DNA of 64,000 bases from Auanema rhodensis (Eukaryota > Animalia > Nematoda). The position numbers and the translations under genes were made by a program. The notes beneath the pieces are model-generated. The model had not been told where the DNA came from. It saw only the letters and a list, made by a program, of their open reading frames with translations, and did not search any database. Of the stretch, positions 36,597 through 48,300 are shown piece by piece; position 1 is the first letter of the stretch; the number at the start of each line of letters is the position of its first letter. The stretch covers positions 14,074,001 through 14,138,000 of the forward strand of contig OZ059899.1 in the NCBI GenBank assembly GCA_964057225.1, read 5' to 3'.

Positions 36597-37285
36597 TCAA
36601 TAATAAGGCTCCCAATTGGAATCGTCAGCAGGGGCTAAGTTTCCAGTTACCAAAAGGAATATATCTATAATCCACCACACACCTAGCCCACCCAAAGTCA
36701 TGAGTTTCCCTACTGCAATCGCAGAATATCCTAAACAAAAACGGTCAACAGCCACAATTCCGAGCAGCACGGAATAAAGTAAAGTTGAAAGAAAATAATG
36801 ACCAGTATATCTAGAAAAAATCTTTATCAAAAGGATATTTATAAACAAACACTTACTTTATGCATGGTACCACACGAAGAAACTCGCGATCTCCATAGCA
36901 CTCTATTGTACAATCAAGAACTCTGCATGTATTGTTCACCCATAGTACATCTTCTGCTCGATTTCCGCCAAACTTAAGGCAATAACCCGGCAACATCTGA
37001 AGAATGAATTGAAAAACTGAACGGTGACTCAAAACTCAAACATTAGTTTCGTTCATTCCCGATGTAACAGTTTCTAAAGTGTTGCAATCGATGAACTCAT
37101 CGGGCAAAAAATTACAAGGAACTAAAGGCCCATTCGGTACGCCATCTGATTTCAATGTACAAAAAGGCTAAAATGAAATATGACACCTAAGATGGGTGAA
37201 AATATAGAAATACCTCAGTTAAGATATCCTCAGTATGTACATTGTGTGTGAATAGAACTACCAAAAGTAGAAATGATTCCATCAT
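36597..37285 (-). CDS. TM2 domain-containing protein (TM2D2-like) with signal peptide
   Basis: [18 protein letters not shown]..., [23 protein letters not shown]-terminus [27 protein letters not shown]...[23 protein letters not shown]; 4 exons. Confidence 0.92.
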
Positions 37286-37508
37286 AGTTTAAACATGCTG
37301 AGCAGAAAAACATGTTTAAAAATAAATTTTAAAAAGAAAGAAAAGATATAACACTAGACTTAACTAGTTTCGTAATCATATAAACAAAAAAAAGAAGACA
37401 TAATTACCAACGGCAACAAGTAAAACAATAAAAACAAATGGAAAAATGAAACCCTTTAAAAGTATATAAGACAACTATACCAATTATTTAAATTAGATAA
37501 ATATCTGT

Positions 37509-39185
37509 TTACTTCTTGACAACTTGGATGACATCTTCATGATCAAGGCTGTGTTGAATTCCTACTCGCTGTGGAGAGAACTTGGTACTGGTACCCCAAA
37601 CAATAGCATATCTGAAAGATTCATGAATAAATAAAAAAATATTTTTTATGAATACGCACCGGAATTGAGATGCTAAGGTTCTGTGCAATGCGTGACAACA
37701 ATGTTCAACAGTAGCTCCACGACGAAGAATGATACCGTCTTCTGGTCCTGAAGAATATAATATAAATTAAAACTATCGTTCATGAAGATACCAAGATCAG
37801 GGGCGTTTCCAGGTTTTTTTGTGTATACACGAACTAATGCAAGGTATTCCCAGATTTTTTCCAGCAAATAATCCATATTCAAGTTCATTTCGCAAGAAAT
37901 AACAATATGATGTGGAAGCCTAAAACGGATTAATTACAAAATATTTTTGAAAAGCGCTATATACAACATACCTAGCCAAACGATCAACTTCTTCAATAGA
38001 AATTTGATCAACTTTATTATAAACATAGAGACACGTAAGGTAAACTCTACCTCCAACAATCACATCAATGAACTCGTCAACTCTGAAATAGGAACGAATT
38101 GATTAAAAAGGAAATTACAAATATGCTTACGTGCAATCTTCTCTGAAAACAACGTCAGCATTGAAAATCTTGTACTCATGGAGAATATTCATAATCATTT
38201 TTTCATTACAATGGGAGAGTGGAACCGTATGTGTGAATTTGACACCACCGACCTAAAATTTAAAAAAATATATAAATATCAGTCTAAAAATGATTATGAA
38301 TGTAATATTATGTGCATCAAAAAAATAAGCTGGCAAAAATACAAAACAATCACGACGTGGCTTAACGTGAAGAAAGATTGAAATGCTAATTTAGAAGTCT
38401 GAAGACTAAAATTCCAAATTTGGCTAATTAATATGTGAATGTAAGAGCAAGAAAACACCTTTTTTTGCTTCACATAAATATTCGGAGGCTTCTTGTTCAA
38501 ACGAATACCAACAGCTTCTAATTCTCTTTCTAACAAAGCCTTTTGCAAATCGCTTTTTCCAGCATCCAGCATCATTAAAATTAAATCAGCGGTCTTGGCA
38601 ACGGAAATGACTTGTCTTCCTCTACCTAGAAACTTAAAATGTTAAGAACATGTAAAAAATATAAATAAAATACCTTTTCCTTGAGCAGCTCCTTCGATAA
38701 TTCCAGGAAGATCGAGCAGTTGAATATTAGCACCTTGATAAGTAATAACACCTGTAACAATAAAACATTAAAACGTAGCAATTACGAACCATACCAGGAA
38801 TGCAAGTGAGTGTTGTGAATTCGTAACTAGCAACTTCAGACGCAGTATTGGTCATAGTAGAGAGGAGAGTAGATTTACCTACTGATGGGAATCCAACCTT
38901 AAAATTAAGAAATTTTATCACAACAAAATCTTTGCAAATACCATAGCAACGCGAGCATCTCCACTTTTCATAACATCGAAACCTTCTCCTTTGCCACCTC
39001 CTTTTCCAGTAGGCTCCAACAATTGCTGACGATATTTGGCTAATTTAGCCTGAAATAATAAAGTTAGAATTTCAAGCTTGAATAGGCTGTACCTTCAATA
39101 ACCCTAAATGATACTCAGTGGCCTTGTTTTTCTGAGTTCGGGCCATTTCGGCCTCGATCTCTTTGATTTTCTCGATGATTCCCAT
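37509..39185 (-). CDS. Developmentally regulated GTP-binding protein 2 (OBG-family GTPase with TGS domain)
   Basis: [92 protein letters not shown]; DRG2-type. Confidence 0.95.
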
Positions 39186-39469
39186 CTAAAAACATAAGCT
39201 TCGCATATTTATAAAGTGAACAAAGTAGATATGTAAGTCCTCGGCTAGTGAACCTTTCAATAACTTGGAAAAAGAAAAAATGACTATACATTTAAATTCC
39301 CGTTAATTAATGAGACCTTGAAGTAAATCAACAACGAACATTATTAATAGCATATAAAATTGCATGTGTACATCTTATGAATTAACAAAGTTCCCTAATG
39401 AACTATATAAATTAATTTCAGAAATATAGTTCATTGAATATCGACAACCTTTGTTTTACATCTTAAATA

Positions 39470-40728
39470 TTAAGTTAGGTCAAACAACTTTTCCAGGGAT
39501 GGTAACGGAGTGTCTACAGGAATTTCCGAAAGATCGGGCAACGATTCCAAAGACTTTTGAACCTAATAAATGTAATCAATACAAACAATAAAAGGAAAGC
39601 CGATAATTACCTCGGTTAAATCAGCTTTAGTTTTGTCTTCTTTTCGTTTCAACTCTTTTAACAGAACATCTTGATTGTCGATTGTAGCGCGGACTTGAAT
39701 GAGCATTGCGTCCAATAACTTTTGTAAGTTTCTTCGTTCCATCATTTCATCAGCCAATCTTAAGTATCAAATTTACCAAATCTCATTAAATCAATATGGA
39801 ACCTTTTGCAATAATCTCGAGCATCAATCTCTGCTTCATCTACATGCTGCATTAATTTTCTCATGTCATCTTGGTTTCGTATGGATTGCAACATCGATGG
39901 AGTTCCGACAGCTTCCGGATAACAAGCTAATTTTCCTCTAAAAATACAGAAAAACTAGGAAATCATACATTAATTCAGACGAACCTAACGTTTTCATCTA
40001 AACTAGCGGGATTTTTCATCATTTGTAAAGATTCAATAAGCTCTTCCACATTTTTTGTCACTGTTTCAGCATCATAGGAAGTGTGCTGAAACAGAAAATA
40101 TAAATAAATGAAAACATTATAATAATGAACATACAGGCTCAATTGCTGTAGTGGATTGACTAGTAGATTGAATGGCAGAATGTTTTCTTCCCATAGCAGC
40201 ATGTTCCAACCTAATAAAGAGAAAGTTAATTTGAGTAATAAAAAAAACTTTACTTTGACAATTGATCTAAGCTATAAATTTGTCTGTCCGTGAATACTTT
40301 CAATACTTTATTCACTGCTCGATCAAGCTCTGCAGCTGGTATTCGGGAACAATATCTAATTTTTAAAAATATATTTAATCAAATTTGTATAAAAATTACA
40401 ACCTGAATGCGGGCTCGAGAACAGAAAAAAATTTTGCCATAAACTCTGGAGCTTTCTTCCGAGAATTTTGTACAACATCATTAGCTAAGTATATTAAGTT
40501 TACAAGACGAGTAGCATTTGTCTCCATTTTAATTTCCTAAAACAATTAAAACGTAATGTATGTTTACATGAATAGCAGTACTTTGAGCCACACATGAAGA
40601 ATGGCGTCAGCATTTTTTCGTTGATGGTGGAGTATCCAAAGAGATAAAGTTTGAATAGATTCCTGTTGGCTGGTTAATTTGGCCAGTTTAGCTCGCATAG
40701 CAGCTTCGGAAAACCCACTTCCACTCAT
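39470..40728 (-). CDS. cids-1: RNA Pol II CTD-interacting domain protein (RPRD1A/B-CREPT family)
   Basis: MSGSGFSEAAMRAKLAKLTSQQESIQTLSLWILHHQ...LIYLANDVVQNSRK; coiled-coil CREPT-like C-terminus ending LPDLSEIPVDTPLPSLEKLFDLT*. Confidence 0.88.
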
Positions 40729-41504
40729 GGTGGATAATTTTTAAAATAATTTAATCAGCACTGCAAGAAGGAAAATAATAAAATATCAGGGTTGTTGATT
40801 CATTGTAAATTAAAATCATTTAGTATTATGCGTTTTAATGTTATTAAAAAAACTATTTTCAATAATTGAAACAAACAGAAACTTTTTAGTAGTTCATATT
40901 ATGCTCTAACTTTATGCCGTTTGTTGTACTGTAGCAATGGAGCACACTTCAATCCAGCATAATGTCAATAAGGTCACACATCTAAAATTATCTCGGTGGT
41001 ACGTATTGCAAATATTAAAAATTCCAATTCCCCAACATTCTTAACAGGTTTCAGCAACAAATGTTCTTAAAAATGATTTTTCTGGAATGATTAGCCGTTG
41101 ATGACACATTTGTTTTTTTTTGGTAGTCATCTCATGATTAATCCTCCTTTTGTAATGAAAACTTTACAATTGTTAAAAATCCACCTCCGCGAACGAGAGA
41201 TGATTCGAGACTGTCAGTCTTCAGCAGAACCCTCTTAACCAGAGGTTATTCGTTCCAGACAAGTAAGTACAACCTGAATGTCATACCCTCTTTTCTAATT
41301 GTCCAAACATAGGTTTGAAAATTGACTAGTTTTAATATTAGAGCCCTCTATGATTAAGCTTAAGAGTTTCAACTCGCTTCAAAATAGCCTAAAAAACCCG
41401 TTGTATTTAAAATAAACATTTTGTATCTAAAGAGGTTCTACTTAACTCAGGTTTAAGCATTTTGTTTTACGTTTAAAAGTATGAAAACCTGTTTTTGCCT
41501 CCTT

Positions 41505-41510
41505 TATAAA
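41505..41510 (+). promoter_or_regulatory. TATA box of the secreted-protein gene
   Basis: TATAAA about 80 bp upstream of the ATG at 41587. Confidence 0.5.
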
Positions 41511-41586
41511 TAGCACTGCTAGAATGCCCTCTACCCAGCTCCTATTTCTGAAACAATTTCAGGTATCCTATATTGAAATTTCAAAA

Positions 41587-42413
41587 ATGCTACACAAATC
41601 CCAATTTCTTGTCTTCTTTTTGATTTTTCCAGCAGTATTGAGTGCTCAGAAACAAGTAATTTCAATTATTTTTACCTTATTCTTGATGTCTTGATTAGGA
41701 TATCCCATGTGGTCTCCCACCCTTTGTGGATAAATTAAGTAACGCTCATCAAGAAGAACTTCGCCAAATATGGAAAGATTACAAAGCTGGTGATAACTGC
41801 ACCGATCAACAATCTATGACTTTCAAACTTATGGAAAAAATCACACCAGAGGAGAAAAATTCTTTATTTTCTGGTCCAGGTATTAGAATGTCTGATGATT
41901 TGTTTCGAAGTTTGAAAGAAAATCTCAGAAGTTGTTGACACCTTTGATGATATTCCCACCTTTATTCGTTCTATGACACCTGCATTGAAAGCTCGCTTTG
42001 ATGCCATCTGGGGAAATATCAATGTCTCCGAAGATGAAAGAGTAATTTCTTCTAATCTTATCTTTATCTCAACTATTTTTATTCTAGCTATCACTTCTCA
42101 ATAATTTAGCTATTTCTCAATTCAGTGAACAGCAGAAACAAGGATTTGAAGCTTGGGTGGCTCAGGTTAGAATTTCTTAATGCTTTAAGTTGATATAAAA
42201 TGTTTTAAGGTTAAACGAGTTAAAATGGAAGTTCAAGATAAAATAAACAACTTATCTCCTGAAGCTAAAAAAATTCTTCAGGAAATTATGAACGTACGCA
42301 TTAAAAGCTTGAAAACATTGAATCAAAGTTGATTTTAGATCCGGGAAGAAGAGAGAAAAATTAACAATCGCTTAACTCCCTCACTCCGAAAAGAACTGGA
42401 AGGACTTATTTAA
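41587..42413 (+). CDS. Secreted helical protein, SXP/RAL-2 (DUF148-like) family; 6 exons
   Basis: Signal peptide MLHKSQFLVFFLIFPAVLSA, then DIPCGLPPFVDKL...ELRQIWK...IPTFIRSM...FDAIW...INNLSPEAKK...LTPSLRKELEGLI*. An intron at 41880-41928 resolves the apparent stop in the ORF track. Family assigned from motif pattern only. Confidence 0.8.
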
Positions 42414-43480
42414 AACTGAAAGTACTATGTAAATGCATCTTTGAATGAACTTTTTTCACAACTTCTGTTCAATACCTTTTTCTCTAAAAAAATCTTAAAG
42501 GAAGTACTTAAGTCTAAGAACAACAAAGCAAACGGTCACACCATTTTCCTGAATAAATGAGTCATGTGGCTTTAACATGAAAGTTATTGTTTTCTCGAAA
42601 ATTTCTTCATAATTTTCAAAAACAATGAACTCATTCTTTGTGTTTTTTAATGAAAACTAATTATTTATTTGGCAAAAATTTATCATACTGTACATATTTT
42701 TATAAATCACAAAAGAAATTAATAAATGTTGTTTGTTATGGATTATGCCTTCGTCTCCTTTCCCACAATCTACAGATTTTCAACTTTCATCGAATAATAT
42801 CCAAGCTAAAGGTCATGCTTGATATCTCAATCGGCCGCGTGATATTCTTTTCAATTCCAGGATTATTCGAAAACATTGCAAAAATAACCAAAATAATCAA
42901 AACTTACACATATTAACAAGAAGTTTGTGCAAATCATCTCATTTTTTTTCATATTTTTACATGAATTCTTTCATGTGAAGATGGTTTTGGATGAAAACTT
43001 ATTTTCCTGATACGGAAATCATTTGTTCTCCAAAAAATAGGTTACACATTCTATATTTACAAACTTCACGACATAAAGCATCAATATTTTTCTCATTGTT
43101 TATTCAATATATTTCATGAAATGGTAAGACTTTAGTTTGCTAATGAGAAAACAGAAAGTAAAAAGCTATAAATAAGGTATTTTTGATCTTTTTTTTTCTT
43201 CTCTCTCTTTGATGGTTTAAGAAGAACATCAAATGTTTAAAACATATGACGTGAGCATGAGGTAGTGTTATGACGATGATGCATATGCAACAACCACTCT
43301 TCCTTTCACCCTTGTGCCTTCATACCGTATTCATAACAGAGCATAACTAAATACATACTGGTCTCTTGATTTTGAAAACAAAATTTATTAAAAGTCATAA
43401 AAATGAAAAAAAAAGAAAAGATTAAGGATTCATCTTGAATTATACTGGAAGTTATATTATCAAGTTTACGCTTCATCCGC

Positions 43481-43496
43481 TCACGTGGCCACGTGA
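43481..43496. promoter_or_regulatory. Perfect 16-bp palindrome of two E-boxes (TCACGTGGCCACGTGA)
   Basis: Direct reading; ends 35 bp upstream of the ATG at 43531. Confidence 0.7.
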
Positions 43497-43530
43497 ATAA
43501 GTTTTAAAAAAAACATTTCTAACTACCGAA

Positions 43531-44463
43531 ATGAGTTGTTCGGTTGATATTTCAGATATATCGTTTACACCTCGCACGTCTGAAATAAAGGAATGTGGAT
43601 CTCCAAGGTTTGTTATGCCATTTAGTCGTTTCCCATTCAATTATGTTTTTAATAAATATTTTTAAAAAGCTATATTATTCATTTACCATTGTGTCTCAGT
43701 TGTACTGAAGAAGAACGTAACGAAGCTGGGCGAAGTCGAAGCGACAAGCCGAGAGATTGTTTGTGTCTTTCATCATCAGTAAGCTATTTTATTCCCTATT
43801 TATCAATTATGACTGTTTTTCAATTTTATTAATTTAATAAATTAAACTAAATGCAGGGATGTATATTGCTGTGGGCCTTTGTTGCATTATCAATAACAGC
43901 ATTTAAGCATGTTGCACTTGGTGGCTTCAAAAATGCACCCGTCACAGACCATCTATTCGTATTATTTTCCGTATGTAGTTACTTCATCTGGATATAATTT
44001 TTTTGAGTATATCCTACTCATATCATCCTAGATTATCTGCGGCTTTTTGTACATTGTGGCTGCTGTTGGACGAAATCGCAACATGTACTTCTTGGCTATG
44101 ATAGCAGCAGTAAGCTTATCTTTTCCCTACAATATAGCATCATTCACTTTTAAATTTTCAAATTTTAGTTTGTCCACGCTTTGCATGAATTGATAAATCT
44201 AGCCTACATTGTATATTACATCATTCGAGCTAAAAAACGTAAAGCTGCTTTCTTATCCAGCTTACTTTAATACAGCATACTATAAGCCTTAAAAACATTT
44301 TCTTGTTTTAGGTAAAAACGTTGATGAAGATGACATGCTACTCATAGCTTCTTTTGGATGTTCTTTAGCAGGTTTTAAACGTTGATCTTTCCATAAAAAC
44401 ACAAAAATTCTTGCAGCTCATATCATAGTATTTTGCTTGTTTATTCGTGGTCGATGCTTATAA
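43531..44463 (+). CDS. Orphan four-transmembrane protein (7 exons)
   Basis: All six GT-AG introns keep the frame: MSCSVDISD...DCLCLSSS|GCILLWAFVALSITAF...HLFVLFS|IICGFLYIVAAVGRNRNMYFLAMIAA|FVHALHELINLAYIVYYII...|DDMLLIASFGCSLA|AHIIVFCLFIRGRCL*. Confidence 0.85.
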
Positions 44464-45374
44464 ACTTCATCAAATTTCTTTCAAATTATAACAAATTATA
44501 CTGTTTTTTTCGTTCAATTAAGCAATTTATAAAAAATTATAAACAAAATATCAAAAATTAATTATTATAATACATATAGTATATAAAGTATATAATATAT
44601 ACATAAAAAATTAGAGAAGTGGAAGCAATACTTCTTAGTAACTACATTTTATAGAATTCTTAATGTTTTCGGTAAAATATAAAAGCCGGGGATGAAGGTG
44701 AAATGTTTCGGCTTTATCATGTTGTATCACAGGTTGCTACTACCACAGCTGCCCCAGAACAGGTATAACAATGACTACTAGACAGGAATAATATACAAAT
44801 AGTTATAGTTATATACATATATAGTATATAACTTATATGTATTTGTATATTATTTATAAAAATAAGAAGAAAAATACATAAATATTTACAAACTATAGTT
44901 CTTCTGTGTTGTTGTTGTTGTTATAGAGTATGCGGTGAAAAAAGATAAAAAATAATAATAATTTTTGTTTCAAAACCGAAAAGTGAGTATAAGTAGCTGA
45001 ATCACATCATCTAGATACAAAAGAAAACTGGCAATCGAGGTATTTTACAGGACAAAGAGAACGAATGGCATATTAGATGGTGTTGCTATCTCAAAAAATA
45101 TTGAATAAGGGTATATCAAGGCTAGAGCTTCATAAAACCTCTTAATCTCATCTCGTTTGAGAAGAGATCACAATGACAGGCATTGTTGGTAAGCTATGAA
45201 TAAGAAAATGCTTAACACTTAAAGCATTTTCATGAACATCACACACACTATGCGCGTTTAACATTTGCCCCTATTCAATCATGTTTCACTCAATCACATA
45301 ACGGCTTTTATGAATAAATTTTACATAATTACATTTATGTTACCGGTTTAGATAGAATATATATATTCTTTTCT

Positions 45375-48300
45375 TTAATCTTTATCCTTTTCTTTTTCTT
45401 TTTCCATTCGTTCCTGAAGTGTATGCCACTGTACGACTGGACGTCGTGATGTCATCATCTCAGCCCATTGTTCATGACACGCATGAGTTACCTGGAAATA
45501 TTACAGGAATCATGTCATTAATCATGTAGAAATATGACAAACCTGAGATAGACTAGCCAAATCAGAAGAAGCTAATGTGACCTGCAATGAAAAATGAATT
45601 AGTTAACTAAATAGAGACTGAGGAAGAGAGAGAGAGAACGAAGTGCCCCCGTTACGAAAGCTCTTCTCGGTTATCCTCCTTCTTTTCAAAAAAAGGGTTC
45701 AAAGTCTCACCTCGCCAATGAAATCATTCTTACTCATTTTATCATAATCCCATACAGAAATAAGTATGTGAACTCTCTGAAATATGGTTGCTTAATCTGA
45801 GAAAAAATTAAGTAAAGGCTTCTTACATCCATCATATTAGGTTCAATTTTGAATTGAAAGCTTTCATTATAATATGGATTCAATGTTTTGTACTTTCTAG
45901 ACGTTTTCTTCTTACTTAATAGCTTCCGTCCATGATATAAATATATTTTAACATATGGATCTGAAATGAAAATAGAATTACAACTCAAAAACGAATACAA
46001 TGCTAGGTTTTTAAATATTTTGTTTTGGAAATGTCAATCAACGTCTTAAAGCTCAAATAATCATAGGATTGTAAAATCTATATATTTGAATTTTATATTT
46101 TCAGTTTAATGGTTGGCTATGTAATGAATTTCAAGTATTAATTATTGTTATGACTTGTATACGCTCATTCTCTTGTTATCATCCCCCTATTCTAAGTTTT
46201 TTTAGCTTTTTTTCGGTAGCGAATACAAATAAAATCAAAAGCAGACCCCCTCCCCTTCTTTCCCTTCCCCCTTTCCTCTTCCCTACCTCTCTACCTTTTC
46301 TTTTCTCGAGCTCTATTTCGTTAGACCAGAATATGTCAGCATTATGCTTCATGATTGTAAGCTTCATGAGCAGAGACAAGAAGAGAAGAATTCATAACAA
46401 AGAACTTACATCGAAACACATCCAACGCTCAGCAATATAAACATTTTTTATGGAATAGACATATATATATATAGATATAGATAATTTCAATAAATGTTTA
46501 AATATACTATACTTTTCGTTTTAAAACTTGATTATGTATTCATGTTTTAGAGCTTAGATCCCTTATCAATTGTTTTTTTTCGAAGAATACGTTGCACAAA
46601 AAGAAAGTTATATTGCATTCGAGAAACCAACGAGTGCAATCATATTCTCACATATGTATTTTGGTTTCCTTTCCTTGTTTTCAGTCTATTTGATGTGCTG
46701 ATCACGTTGATCACATAATTCTCAACTGAGACTGACTGAAGCTGACGATATGCATTGCTTTTTCGATTTGAAGTTCCTGCTTATGGTTATGGCAGGAAAA
46801 ACGTTGTCCAATTATTGTTTAACGACAAGAATATATTCGTAATTCAAACCACTTTTTACTATTATTTTTGTTTAAAATTTGAAAATAAAAAAAGGAAAAT
46901 TTATATTCTATTCTCTTCTTCTATGAAGCTTCTCAAGAATTTCGCGAATATTTTGCTTAAAAAACAACAGGCTGATACATCCGTACCCCGGCAAAAAAAA
47001 GGAAAAAGACGTAAATGCTTTTCAGCGATTTTTTTCGTTGAAAACGAAAAAATAATTGATGATTGAAGAGCTCAAAATCTTGGCCACAAAAAAAGTAAAG
47101 AATCATCTTCTGCCGTCATTAACTTTGTGTTCAATCTCGAATTCCGGGCATAGCTAGGAATAAGCTGTAAGAAAAGGAGAAGCATCTTATTCTGCTTTTT
47201 GTCTCTTTTCTTTCTTCAATTCAATAATGTGATGATGTTGATGATGATGTTATGAGAAAGAAAACGTATTGAGAGAGAGAGAGAGAGAGAGAGAGAAGAT
47301 GGAAAGACTAGGTTGAAGTATTTAAGCTTGAGCATGCATACGAATCATTGTTTCCTAGGTATGAATTTGAGTCATAATTCTCTTAAGATATTAGTTTAAG
47401 CATTCATGATATGTCCCTAAGGAAACAAAGAATTTTCCAGATTATTTTGTTCATGAAATAAAATATCTCAAGCTGAGCACCAACACGAAAGAGCTCTTTA
47501 TCTTTTGTTATTTGTTTCTTTTTTTTGAAGGAAAAGTAAACAAATAAATATTTCCAAGCTTTTTTTAAATTTCTTTCTCTTTCTTTCTAAAACTACACTA
47601 CTAATATAACTACCAAACTGACAGAAATGTACATGAACTTTAAGTTATAATGAGATGAGAGAGAATGAGAAGATACCATATAGCCACTATCAGATCCGCT
47701 TCGTTCTTCTCCATTCCTTTCTCCTCTTTCCTGTCTTTTTCACGATCCCTCCTTCTCTTTTATTTTTTGAGGTTTTTTAGTTGTAAATAAAACGTGCTAC
47801 TTGTCAAAGACATGATTAAAAACAAAAGCAATATTCCATAAAGGAGTGGTTGGGTACGTTTCAAAAAGAAAAGTTGTATAAAGTTCCGCGTGAGAGAAAA
47901 TAAAATAAAAAAATTATTTTTCAACCTTTCCATCATCGTCCTCTCTCCTTCTATCTATCTCTCTCAATCCCTTTTCCCCTTCCTCAATCCTTCTCACAAA
48001 TGTTATAACCGAAAAAAGGCTATTTTGCCAATAAATAAACAAAAAATAAATAATTCAAAGCCAATATCAAAACTTCTTTTGAACAGCACCAACCTGATGT
48101 GCCACCCAAGTCCATTTTTTTCAAATTTCGAGCCTCCATGATGGTGAGCGTTAAGGTTCCTGTGGCTGGACGGTAACGAGTTGAGAAGCATATATCACCC
48201 AGACGCGATTCTTTCTGAAAAAAAAGATATAAAAACATAGCTTTCTTTTCTTATAATACTATAAAATGGAATTGAAAATAGTATACAACTACTATTAGAT

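Noticed and set aside
41198-41277. C/D snoRNA-like segment (ATGATT...CTGA)
   Set aside because: Non-consensus C box, no terminal stem, no recognisable guide.
41726-41938. Apparent premature stop/frameshift suggesting a pseudogene
   Set aside because: A 49-nt GT-AG intron (41880-41928) restores the frame.
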